A stretch of DNA of 26,809 bases from a virus (lineage: Duplodnaviria > Caudoviricetes). The notes under the pieces were generated by a model. It was not told where the DNA came from. It made no database searches and was given only the letters and a program-made list of their open reading frames with translations. The translations under genes were made by a program, and so were the position numbers. Within the stretch, counting starts at the first letter, position 1; every line of letters starts with the position of its first letter. The stretch lies in the IMG/VR virus record IMGVR_UViG_3300022930_000028, positions 1-26,809 of that record; one strand, 5' to 3'. Positions 16,623-24,558 of the stretch are shown here, piece by piece.

Positions 16623-17363
16623 TCACGTCTCAAATATGAAATGCTCCCGCAGCTTAGAGCTCGAAACTTCAAAGCAAACCTTCAGCAAACCTAGAGTGAA
16701 ATCCAGATGATATTCACTGGGGCCTGTTAAAAGGAAGGCGTTTCCATCCCGAATCTCCAGAGAGGAATCCATCGACCTGAGAGTTGCATGGCTTGCCACA
16801 GCAGAAAGACCGCGATAAACAGTCTCATAGAGAGGTAAAAGGTCTGCTATTCGCGCCGCTTCATAGGTTGAAAATTTTGAAGCGGGACCTTCGGCTCGAC
16901 TTATAACTTCGCTCAAGTCGCCTACGTTTTGCTCGGTAAGCCCCAGCTCAGAAAGAGACCTAATCATGCCTACGGCTTGCTTTTTCTCTTCTGTATCGCC
17001 GTATTTACCCATTTGAACAAACACGGCGGGGTCGTTTATGAGTGCTACCGCATGAAACAAAGACTCAACCGCCGAGCGCGTCAGTGTTTGAGCGTCAACC
17101 ACAAGCCCTCTTTCGCATAGTAGTACTGCTGCCTGACAACTCCTGACCGCCTTATGAAAGAGTATGAGAGAAGCCACCTTATCAGAGGCGTTCTGGTATA
17201 CGCCCGCACCCATCACTAGTTGCTGGGCAACTCTAGAGGCCGCCTCGACATCTTCGAATTTTTTCCGACGGGTCGATCTTAGCTTCGCTTTTACAAGCTC
17301 AAGCGCTGGAGAAAGAAAGCCTTTCTCATCGAGATCTTTGAGTGACGCGTGGTCCATGGGCAA
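16623..17363 (-). CDS. DUF5677-like (HEPN-related) helical protein, moron
   Basis: AAVLLCERGLVVDAQTLTRSAVE and YRGLSAVASH patterns; GGAG RBS; start at 17363 (TTG) or 17357 (ATG). Confidence 0.7.
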   Translation of the reverse strand: MPMDHASLKDLDEKGFLSPALELVKAKLRSTRRKKFEDVEAASRVAQQLVMGAGVYQNASDKVASLILFHKAVRSCQAAVLLCERGLVVDAQTLTRSAVESLFHAVALINDPAVFVQMGKYGDTEEKKQAVGMIRSLSELGLTEQNVGDLSEVISRAEGPASKFSTYEAARIADLLPLYETVYRGLSAVASHATLRSMDSSLEIRDGNAFLLTGPSEYHLDFTLGLLKVCFEVSSSKLREHFIFET

Positions 17364-17456
17364 CCGCTCCCTGATTTATTTATGGCCGAAACACTAACAC
17401 CAACTACATATCGCGCCCACCGATCACGGAGGGCGACGCCTGACTGGAGATAATCC

Positions 17457-18053
17457 ATGGACAAGAACACGAAGATCCTGATCCCGGAAATCTCCGGCGA
17501 ATGGACTGAGCGCCTCCGCTCAGGGAAAACCAACATCTGGAACGCTTGCAGCCACGACAGACCACATCGCAACAGACTGCCAGAGGTTCGGCTTGATCCG
17601 CCGGAAGTCGGGCTGTATGCCGAGCGAATCGACGGCGCCTGGTACTGGGTATCGGGTTGCGCCAAATGCAACGAAAGCGGCGAGAAATACAGCTACTCGG
17701 TTTGCGACAAACACAATGTTTGCCGCCTGTGCAGCACTCACCGCTCGAAGCTCACGGAAACACCGTGGGGCCATCCTGACGGCTTCACCTGCAAACCTTG
17801 CCAGGACGCACAAGACGCCGTTGCGAAAGCAGCGGCGCTGGCTAAGGTCGCCGAGACCGACTATGACGAGTGGGATTATCGCAACCTGGACGAATGCAAA
17901 TGCCCGCACTGCGCCACCGTGATCCACATTGAAACCGAAGACTACGGCGACAAGAACATGGAATGCGACACCTGCAACGGTCTGTTCGAGTTGACAACCG
18001 AGTACTCGGTGAGCTTCACCACCAAGGTGATTGGCGAGCGCATCACTGCCTGA
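17457..18053 (+). CDS. Cys-rich multi-zinc-finger phage protein
   Basis: CAKC, CDKH, CRLC, CKPC, CPHC, CDTC; GGAG RBS. Confidence 0.8.
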   Translation: MDKNTKILIPEISGEWTERLRSGKTNIWNACSHDRPHRNRLPEVRLDPPEVGLYAERIDGAWYWVSGCAKCNESGEKYSYSVCDKHNVCRLCSTHRSKLTETPWGHPDGFTCKPCQDAQDAVAKAAALAKVAETDYDEWDYRNLDECKCPHCATVIHIETEDYGDKNMECDTCNGLFELTTEYSVSFTTKVIGERITA

Positions 18054-18088
18054 CCCGGCCACCTCGATCACCTCGATCACCTTCAAAC

Positions 18089-18316
18089 CTATTTGGATTT
18101 CACTTCTGTTCTTTGCCAGGTAATTGAGCCATTTTCACCTGAGAGGCCGCTGCGCTGAACAACCACATGGTAGCCAGCAATAGTATTGCCCGCTGAATCT
18201 CTTTCAGAGAATTTCAGGATATCTTCCCCAGTCGTAACACCAATAATCAAGTCTCCGGAAACGAGATGATTTTGGGTTGGTATGCGTAACAGCTTCTCGT
18301 ACATCTCGTTGCTCAC
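18089..18316 (-). CDS. Small hypothetical protein, moron
   Basis: AAGGAG RBS, GTG start; 75 aa. Confidence 0.6.
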   Translation of the reverse strand: MSNEMYEKLLRIPTQNHLVSGDLIIGVTTGEDILKFSERDSAGNTIAGYHVVVQRSGLSGENGSITWQRTEVKSK

Positions 18317-18415
18317 TTGTTGCTCCTTCCGGCTCCATGCCGGTCACCCGTAATACCCTAACCTAAAACAAATTGCCACGGATCACTGGGCGCGTCACGA
18401 CTGGAATGCAATGAG

Positions 18416-19174
18416 TCACTGCTCAGGTGCAGGTGCAGGTGCAGGTGCAGGTGCAGCCAGCATCTTCGGGTCATTCAAGTTTTTAAATATTGCTTTAGCT
18501 CTTTCCGGGATTATGTAAGTGCCTATAAGTATGTGTTCAATTACTTCAAGAGCCAGAAGCAGCTGATCTTTCGAGTGCGCCTTGGCTTTATGCGCAGCCC
18601 TATTGCCTAAAAGTCGTATTTTGTGAAGTGTTTCAACACCCTCCTTCGTAACAAGTGATCTAACATGAAGGTCATCAATTTTTTGTACCAGATTACGGCC
18701 CTTAGCTTTTACGTCCGTACAAATTGATTCGAGCAACGCCCTGATTGCAATACCTCCAATTATAAAAAGCTCATTTTCGACGGCGCTGCGGGATTCTTTA
18801 TATATCGCGCCAATTTCCCAAGGGAGCGCCCAGTGATCTATGACCTTTGAGCCAAGAACTCGGCCAGGGTAATAAGTGATGGTAGGTATGTAGTAAAGTT
18901 CTCTCGAGTCATAGTCATGATCATATTCTTCGGAGTTAGTTGAACAGATTCTAAACGAAACCTCCTCACAGCCTAAACACTGAATTATCTGATTTTCTTC
19001 GGTCCATTCTATGCTGTGACCACCACCACAGTCCTCTGATCCTCTTTCCGTATAGCTAGCAACCAGTTTGTGATTGGTCTCGACGCAGCACTTTTTACAT
19101 GGGTGCTTTTCCTGCTCGTCAGCACCAGCAGCGAAATGAAAACTTTTCGTTATTTGTCCCATATCTGCATCCAT
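18416..19174 (-). CDS. DUF4145 (HEPN) protein with N-terminal zinc finger, moron
   Basis: CKKC...CLGC; IRALLESIC, LVQKIDDL, IRLLGNRAAH. Start at 19174 or 19162. Confidence 0.85.
   Translation of the reverse strand: MDADMGQITKSFHFAAGADEQEKHPCKKCCVETNHKLVASYTERGSEDCGGGHSIEWTEENQIIQCLGCEEVSFRICSTNSEEYDHDYDSRELYYIPTITYYPGRVLGSKVIDHWALPWEIGAIYKESRSAVENELFIIGGIAIRALLESICTDVKAKGRNLVQKIDDLHVRSLVTKEGVETLHKIRLLGNRAAHKAKAHSKDQLLLALEVIEHILIGTYIIPERAKAIFKNLNDPKMLAAPAPAPAPAPEQ
18424..18458. repeat. (CAGGTG)5CAGCC microsatellite encoding an AP repeat
   Basis: Read directly; identical to 21227-21261. Confidence 0.9.
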
Positions 19175-19239
19175 TGCGAAGTTCCATTCCGTACAAATAC
19201 CCCATATCAACGAATCACGCCAGCCGGCGAGGATCCTCT

Positions 19240-20958
19240 ATGCCCGATATCACCTACGGCTCTGTGTGCAGCGGCATCGAAGCCGCGACACAGGCCTGGC
19301 ACCCGCTGGGCATGCGCGCCGCCTGGTTCGCCGAGATCGAACCATTCCCCTCGGCGGTCCTGGCCCACCACTACCCCGACGTGCCGAACCACGGCGACAT
19401 GACCAGGCTGGCCGCCCTGGTGCTGGCCGGAAAGATCCCGGCGCCGGACGTGCTGGTCGGCGGCACCCCGTGCCAGGCCTTTTCGGTTGCCGGTATGCGC
19501 GAAGGCCTTACCGACCCGCGCGGTGCCCTCACCATCAAATACGTGGAGCTTGCAGATGCAGTTGACTATGTTCGCGCCGGCCAGCGAAAGCCCGCCAGCG
19601 TCATCGTCTGGGAAAACGTCCCCGGCGTACTCAGCGACAAAGGGAACGCCTTCGGATGCTTTCTTGGCGCGCTTGCTGGGGAAGACTGCGAGCTGCAGCC
19701 TCCAGGGAAGAAATGGCAGGACGCTGGTTGTGTGTATGGACCCAAAAGAACAATCGCGTGGCGGGTCCTGGACGCCCAATATTTCGGGCTGGCCCAACGA
19801 CGCCGTCGTGTGTTCGTTGTCGCAAGTGCTCGAGACGGGTTCGATCCTACCGAGGTACTTTTTGAGCGAGAAGGCGTGCGCCGGGATACTGCGCCGAGCC
19901 GGGGCCAGGGGCAGGACGTTACCGGAACAGCTCCTTTCGGCCCTGCGCTCCAGTGCGGAGAAGGATGCGAGTACGTCTTCCCTGAGCAGTTAGGTGCCTA
20001 TGGCTGCCCGAATTGCGAGGGCGACTTTGGTCCGGCCGTATCGATGTTCGGCGGCATCCCAGCCTTCGGCGCCGGGCGCATGTCCGGATCCATCGAAAAG
20101 GCCGGCACACTCACCCATCACGAAGGACGCAACGATCTGGACAGCGAGACCTTCTTTGTTCAGCCTGACGTAATTGGGGCTTTCACAAGTCACGCATACA
20201 GCGGCGGTGCTGGGGGAAGACCAGAGGGCGCAGCGGCGGGACACTTTCTTGCGGTCGCCGGAGCGCTGCGCAGCACCGACGGAGGCGCCGATGTTGATCA
20301 CGCCATAGCTGGGCACTTGGTTGCCGGCACACTCAACGCCAACGGCAAGGCCGCTGGCAGCGCGACCAATCAGGACGCAGAGTCAGGCCTACTGGTGGTG
20401 CATGGCACGCAAGACCCAGGCGTCAGCGACAAACTGGCCTTTGCCCTGGGCCGGAACAACGGCCAGGAGAACGCGGTGCTGGCACTCTCCTGCAAGGATC
20501 ACGGCGCTGATGCGAGGGTTATCGCTCCTACCCTGCGCGCCATGGGCCACTCAGGCAGCCACGCCAACGCCGGTGGTCAGGTGGCCGTGTGCATCACTGT
20601 AGAAATCACGCACACGCTGAAGGCAGAGGGTTTCGATGGTAGCGAGGACGGTACCGGGCGTGGCCAGCCGATAGTTGCAGCTGTGTCGCCAACTTTGCGA
20701 GCGGGCAACATGCGTAACAACAGCAACCCGTCAACCGAGGCCGACATGCTCGTTGGTGGTTCTCAGGTCCGGCGACTCGTACCAGTCGAGTGCGAGCGAC
20801 TCCAAGGCATGGCCGACGACTACACCTTGATCCCCTGGCGCGGCAAGTCAGCAAGCGAATGCCCGGACGGCGCTCGCTACAAGGCGATCGGCAACAGCAA
20901 GGCCGTCACCGTGGTTCGCTGGATCGGCAAGCGGCTCCTTCAACAGCTTCACTCATAG
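19240..20958 (+). CDS. DNA (cytosine-5) methyltransferase with an expanded variable region
   Basis: Motifs I (SVCSGIEA), IV (GGTPCQ), VI (ENV), VIII (QRRRRVF), IX (RRLVPVECERLQG), X (IGNS); GAGGA RBS. Confidence 0.93.
   Translation: MPDITYGSVCSGIEAATQAWHPLGMRAAWFAEIEPFPSAVLAHHYPDVPNHGDMTRLAALVLAGKIPAPDVLVGGTPCQAFSVAGMREGLTDPRGALTIKYVELADAVDYVRAGQRKPASVIVWENVPGVLSDKGNAFGCFLGALAGEDCELQPPGKKWQDAGCVYGPKRTIAWRVLDAQYFGLAQRRRRVFVVASARDGFDPTEVLFEREGVRRDTAPSRGQGQDVTGTAPFGPALQCGEGCEYVFPEQLGAYGCPNCEGDFGPAVSMFGGIPAFGAGRMSGSIEKAGTLTHHEGRNDLDSETFFVQPDVIGAFTSHAYSGGAGGRPEGAAAGHFLAVAGALRSTDGGADVDHAIAGHLVAGTLNANGKAAGSATNQDAESGLLVVHGTQDPGVSDKLAFALGRNNGQENAVLALSCKDHGADARVIAPTLRAMGHSGSHANAGGQVAVCITVEITHTLKAEGFDGSEDGTGRGQPIVAAVSPTLRAGNMRNNSNPSTEADMLVGGSQVRRLVPVECERLQGMADDYTLIPWRGKSASECPDGARYKAIGNSKAVTVVRWIGKRLLQQLHS
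19556..19993 (+). CDS. Overlapping alternative-frame ORF resembling the M.EcoHK31I beta polypeptide
   Basis: GGAG RBS then MQLTMF; RGGSWTPNISGWPNDAVVCSLSQVLET...YFLSEKACAGILRRA...LPEQLLSAL. Confidence 0.65.
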   Translation: MQLTMFAPASESPPASSSGKTSPAYSATKGTPSDAFLARLLGKTASCSLQGRNGRTLVVCMDPKEQSRGGSWTPNISGWPNDAVVCSLSQVLETGSILPRYFLSEKACAGILRRAGARGRTLPEQLLSALRSSAEKDASTSSLSS

Positions 20959-21389
20959 CCGCCTTTCATGTTGCGAATAATGGGGTGTGCATCACTTCGC
21001 CTGTAGACCCGCAACTTCAATCCGTTGGAGCAGGTAATCACTGAATATTTTTCGGAGGGTGACTGTTTCTCAGCGATAACTTCTGAGCAGTCCCAGCCGT
21101 AGGTATTTAAAGCATGCCAAGCCAGATCAGCCTTACTCAGATTCCGGCTGCTGTGAGCGTTGGAGAGGTCGTAGTTGAACTTTGAATCGTCCGCCTTCGT
21201 AGCCTCGACTGCCCGACTTACCGGAGCAGGTGCAGGTGCAGGTGCAGGTGCAGGTGCAGCCTTAGGCTCAGCCGCCACATAAGTCGAGTTACTTGCTGTA
21301 TGAGAGTTGTTTTTGCTTTCGAGAGCGCCCTTTCCAACGAGTAGTGCCAATCCAACAGCCAAAATAATCCCTACCGTCCTTCTCTCCAT
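20949..21389 (-). CDS. Secreted or membrane-anchored protein with AP linker, moron
   Basis: MERRTVGIILAVGLALLVG signal/anchor; two Cys in the C-terminal domain. Confidence 0.7.
   Translation of the reverse strand: MERRTVGIILAVGLALLVGKGALESKNNSHTASNSTYVAAEPKAAPAPAPAPAPAPVSRAVEATKADDSKFNYDLSNAHSSRNLSKADLAWHALNTYGWDCSEVIAEKQSPSEKYSVITCSNGLKLRVYRRSDAHPIIRNMKGGYE
21227..21261. repeat. (CAGGTG)5CAGCC microsatellite encoding an AP repeat
   Basis: Read directly; identical to 18424-18458. Confidence 0.9.
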
Positions 21390-21504
21390 CTCTGCGGATC
21401 TCGTCCTAAAGATTGTGATCATCTCAGCTCGCGCTGCGATCAGTCCATAGATTGAAAATCTGACCCCACTCCACCGCCCGGGCATGGCCCGGCAAGGACT
21501 TCCC

Positions 21505-22137
21505 ATGCCTACAAAAAACAAAGTCGCCGCGCCGGCGCCAAGCTTGGCAACCGGCCATGAACTCACCGCTGCAACCTGGGCTGACTTCGTGACGCGCCTT
21601 CGCCATGACTGTGTTGGTGCGGGTGTGCACGATCACTGCACTGCGGCGGCGACCTTCATCGTTCAGGCTAGGCGTATCGCCTACGGTTTAGACACCGACT
21701 ACAGCGACAACCGCGTCCTGATCGACCACTGTAATGAAGGCGAATGGTTCTCGCCGAAAGAATACTGGGACGACCAAGACGAAGATGGACGTGCGGCGCT
21801 GAACAAAGCAATGCAGGCTTGGTCGAGCTGCCAATTCATGAAGGCTGACGAGTCAGATCAGTGGCATGTTCTCGGCGAGCTGGATGGGCACGCCGTTACC
21901 GGCTGGTGCGAGAACTGGGAGTACATCAACGCGCACCTTACCAAGGACGCAGCCGAGGCGTTCATCCGGCGCAAGAAACACGACTACCGCAAAGGCATGC
22001 GCGTCTATGTCGATTCGCAGTATTACGCCTGGGAGTTCGAGGACATCAAGGAAGCGATCATTGCTGGCACGCTGACCTACACGCCAAAGCCGACTGGGAC
22101 TGCCCATGACCTGGTAACGAGGGAGGCAGCAGGGTGA
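21505..22137 (+). CDS. Phage hypothetical protein
   Basis: AAGGA RBS; HLTKDAAEAFIRRKKHDY. Confidence 0.8.
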   Translation: MPTKNKVAAPAPSLATGHELTAATWADFVTRLRHDCVGAGVHDHCTAAATFIVQARRIAYGLDTDYSDNRVLIDHCNEGEWFSPKEYWDDQDEDGRAALNKAMQAWSSCQFMKADESDQWHVLGELDGHAVTGWCENWEYINAHLTKDAAEAFIRRKKHDYRKGMRVYVDSQYYAWEFEDIKEAIIAGTLTYTPKPTGTAHDLVTREAAG

Positions 22138-22423
22138 CAACCCCGAAGAGAAAACCGGCAAGCCAAGACGTTGAGTTAGTAGCCCAAAGGAAGGGAATTG
22201 ATTAACTCGCAGCTAAAAACGATGACTCACCGATTATTGCCCACATCTAAAGAGCACGCTCCAACAACGTAATAGAGCGCCAGCTGGCTAACCGTTTCAA
22301 CAGCAAATATCTGAAACGTACAACCAGCGCCCCACTTCTACCAACAACATCAGGTCGCGTCTAGGCCCATTTTCCAACCCCTCCTCCTTCAAAGTCGGCC
22401 GCTATAGCGGCAAGGACGAAGTC

Positions 22424-22852
22424 ATGCCTGAACAAAAGATTACGTTCGTCAACAGCGAGCCAGCCAAGTGCGGCTGCACGATGGAATTCAGCTCTGGCGA
22501 TGGTCAGTACTCCGACGTGCTTTTTGTCACCCCCTGTGGGGCGCACAGCGACAGCAAGCCGTTCGGGCCGGTCGAGGTGAATCGCGATGCAGGCGGCTGG
22601 TGGTATCACCCGAACATTCCGAGCTTTGGCGAAGGCGAAGACCCGGCGCCCTACATTGCCTGGGTCAAGGAACAGGGACTGGAACTGAAAGGCTGGCACT
22701 CCGGCGACGAGCTCGAGGATCTACCTGACGAGGATGCTGCGTGCACCGCCTGGAACCCCGAATCTCCTGGGCCTGAGTGGTTCCTGATGGGGATCTTCGA
22801 TACGGATGACGGCCCCTATGTGCAGTGGGCGCGCCGGGAGGTTGCGCCGTGA
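22424..22852 (+). CDS. Phage hypothetical protein
   Basis: AAGGA RBS; GWWYHP...WNPESPGPEWFLMGIFDTDDGP. Confidence 0.8.
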   Translation: MPEQKITFVNSEPAKCGCTMEFSSGDGQYSDVLFVTPCGAHSDSKPFGPVEVNRDAGGWWYHPNIPSFGEGEDPAPYIAWVKEQGLELKGWHSGDELEDLPDEDAACTAWNPESPGPEWFLMGIFDTDDGPYVQWARREVAP

Positions 22853-23460
22853 GCCAGATCAAAGAACGCCCCGTCCTGTTCTCGGCGCCGATGGTGCGCG
22901 CCATCCTGGAAGGCCGGAAGAAGGTCACGCGGCGGGAAGTAAAGGGTACCGGCTTGGTTTGGCTGGATAACTTCTTGGCAGAGTACGTCGCAAATCCCGA
23001 AAATAATCTCTGCCCCTACGGAAATCCCGGCGATCGGCTGTGGGTGCGCGAGACCTGGTACTGCGACCACTTCCAGGTTCAGAAAGGCCCGTACCTGCGC
23101 CCCGACGATATGCACGACCTTGATCAGTCGCGGGAGGATGGCGAGTTGGTGTATGCCGCTGATGATCTGGCGCCGTACGAGCAGGAGCAGCCAAACTGGA
23201 AGCCGTCGATCCATATGCCTCGCTGGGTCAGCCGCATCCTGCTGGAGATGACCGCCGTGCGCGTGGAGCGGTTGCAGGACATCAGCCGCGCCGGTATCCG
23301 AGCGGAAGGCCTGCAGTGTCCGCCGGAGCTGGCAAGCGACGACGTTTCACCGAATTACCGAGACTGGTATCCGGCGGCTTGGAGGGAGCTTTGGGAGTCC
23401 ACTGGTGGCGATTGGAACGCCAACCCGTGGGTCTGGGTGGTCGAGTTCAAGCGGCTGTAG
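22849..23460 (+). CDS. ASCH/PUA-like phage protein
   Basis: LFSAPMVRAILEGRKKVTRR, GDRLWVRETW, WKPSIHMPRW, VRVERLQDIS, NPWVWVVEF; GTGA overlap. Confidence 0.75.
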   Translation: MSQIKERPVLFSAPMVRAILEGRKKVTRREVKGTGLVWLDNFLAEYVANPENNLCPYGNPGDRLWVRETWYCDHFQVQKGPYLRPDDMHDLDQSREDGELVYAADDLAPYEQEQPNWKPSIHMPRWVSRILLEMTAVRVERLQDISRAGIRAEGLQCPPELASDDVSPNYRDWYPAAWRELWESTGGDWNANPWVWVVEFKRL

Positions 23461-23473
23461 CGCAAGCTGAAGA

Positions 23474-23623
23474 TCAGCGCTTGGCTCGTTGGGAGAACCC
23501 GATAGCCATCAAGGCGATGCCGGGTATCCAAAAGCCCGCGTTAGATGTCCCCAAGCCGACTGCAAGCAGTGACACACCAACAGCAAACATATGCGCTCCT
23601 CCCAGAAAAACTATCCATTTCAT
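23474..23623 (-). CDS. Possible 49-aa two-TM membrane peptide, moron
   Basis: MKWIVFLGGAHMFAVGVSLLAVGLGTSNAGFWIPGIALMAIGFSQRAKR fills the intergenic gap. Confidence 0.4.
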   Translation of the reverse strand: MKWIVFLGGAHMFAVGVSLLAVGLGTSNAGFWIPGIALMAIGFSQRAKR

Positions 23624-23674
23624 ATCCGCCCATTTAAGCATAAACCGGCCATCAAAACGGCCAAGGACAAAGTC

Positions 23675-24262
23675 ATGCCCGAACGAAAGCCAATCATCAT
23701 GTTCGACGCTCCGGAAGCGGCCAGCCTCAAAACGGTAACCGGTTGGGTTTCCGCTGACGGTCGTTTTTTCGGCGCCGACGAAAACCTTGCCCGCTACTGC
23801 GGTGCTACCCACCGCCGCTGCGAGGCGAATCCTGACCACGATATCTACGAAGTGAATAGCTACTGCAAAGCGTGCCGCCACACCCGGCGCCAAGCGAAAT
23901 TCGCGGCGATGCCGGTCAAGGAGTGGGCCGGCGAACCTTTGGTCATCTTCGATGGTGATCGGTACTTCTTCGATGAAGACGATCTGCGCGATTACCTGAT
24001 CGAAAGCGATGTCGATCTCGCCGACCTGCAGCTCTGCATCTGCGAACCAAACCACCCCAGCCAGATCGATCCGACGGACCATTTCTGCGACGACTTGCCG
24101 GAGGACGGGGAGATCCGCGACGATCAGCTGCTCGCGGCGTTCGATCTGCTGAACGAGATGATCCGCCAGTCCGAGCCCTTGTCGTGGTCCGAAGGCGAGT
24201 TCGCCGCATCTCTGCCGCAATCGCTCCTTAATGAAGTAGCGGCTGCGCGGGTGACGCCATGA
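23675..24262 (+). CDS. Phage hypothetical protein
   Basis: AAGGA RBS; TVTGWVSADGRFFG...ARYCGATHRRC...YCKAC. Confidence 0.8.
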   Translation: MPERKPIIMFDAPEAASLKTVTGWVSADGRFFGADENLARYCGATHRRCEANPDHDIYEVNSYCKACRHTRRQAKFAAMPVKEWAGEPLVIFDGDRYFFDEDDLRDYLIESDVDLADLQLCICEPNHPSQIDPTDHFCDDLPEDGEIRDDQLLAAFDLLNEMIRQSEPLSWSEGEFAASLPQSLLNEVAAARVTP

Positions 24263-24312
24263 TCGCCACTTTCTGGTTCGCCTACGTCTTCATCTACTAA
24301 GGGGCCCAAGCC

Positions 24313-24558
24313 ATGAATACCTATAGACACACCTTCGCAGCCGTCTGCCCTTCCGACGGCGAAACGATCCTCTACCGGCTGGAATTGCGCTCAAGCGCCA
24401 TGATTCGCGTCGCGCACATCAAGGCGACGACAGCGCTGATCACCAAAGGCTGGCATGAACAGATTGCCGACAGCCTGGCGGAATCCTTGGGCGGCGATCA
24501 GACCATCATCGCCACGCACCAGGGCGTCGAGATCGAAACGGTGAGGCTTAGCGGATGA
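24313..24558 (+). CDS. Minimal QueF-like T-fold protein
   Basis: FAAVCP (QueF-type catalytic Cys context), WHEQIAD (substrate-binding Glu), HQGVEI terminal strand. Confidence 0.55.
   Translation: MNTYRHTFAAVCPSDGETILYRLELRSSAMIRVAHIKATTALITKGWHEQIADSLAESLGGDQTIIATHQGVEIETVRLSG

Noticed and set aside
16510-16710. 66-aa ORF after yejK
   Set aside because: A chimera of a duplicated gene end and the antisense strand of the DUF5677-like gene; treated as a scar.
19240-20958. Complete restriction-modification system
   Set aside because: No adjacent endonuclease is recognisable; this looks like an orphan phage methyltransferase.
18424-21261. CRISPR array or iterons from the hexamer repeats
   Set aside because: No spacers and no cas genes; the repeats are in-frame AP linkers.
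22137-22385. Possible minus-strand moron (about 49 codons after a GGAGG)
   Set aside because: Short, with no recognisable motif; it may be a decayed gene but is not supportable.
24259-24300. 13-codon hydrophobic ORF MIATFWFAYVFIY
   Set aside because: It has an ATGA overlap but is too short to support without conservation data.
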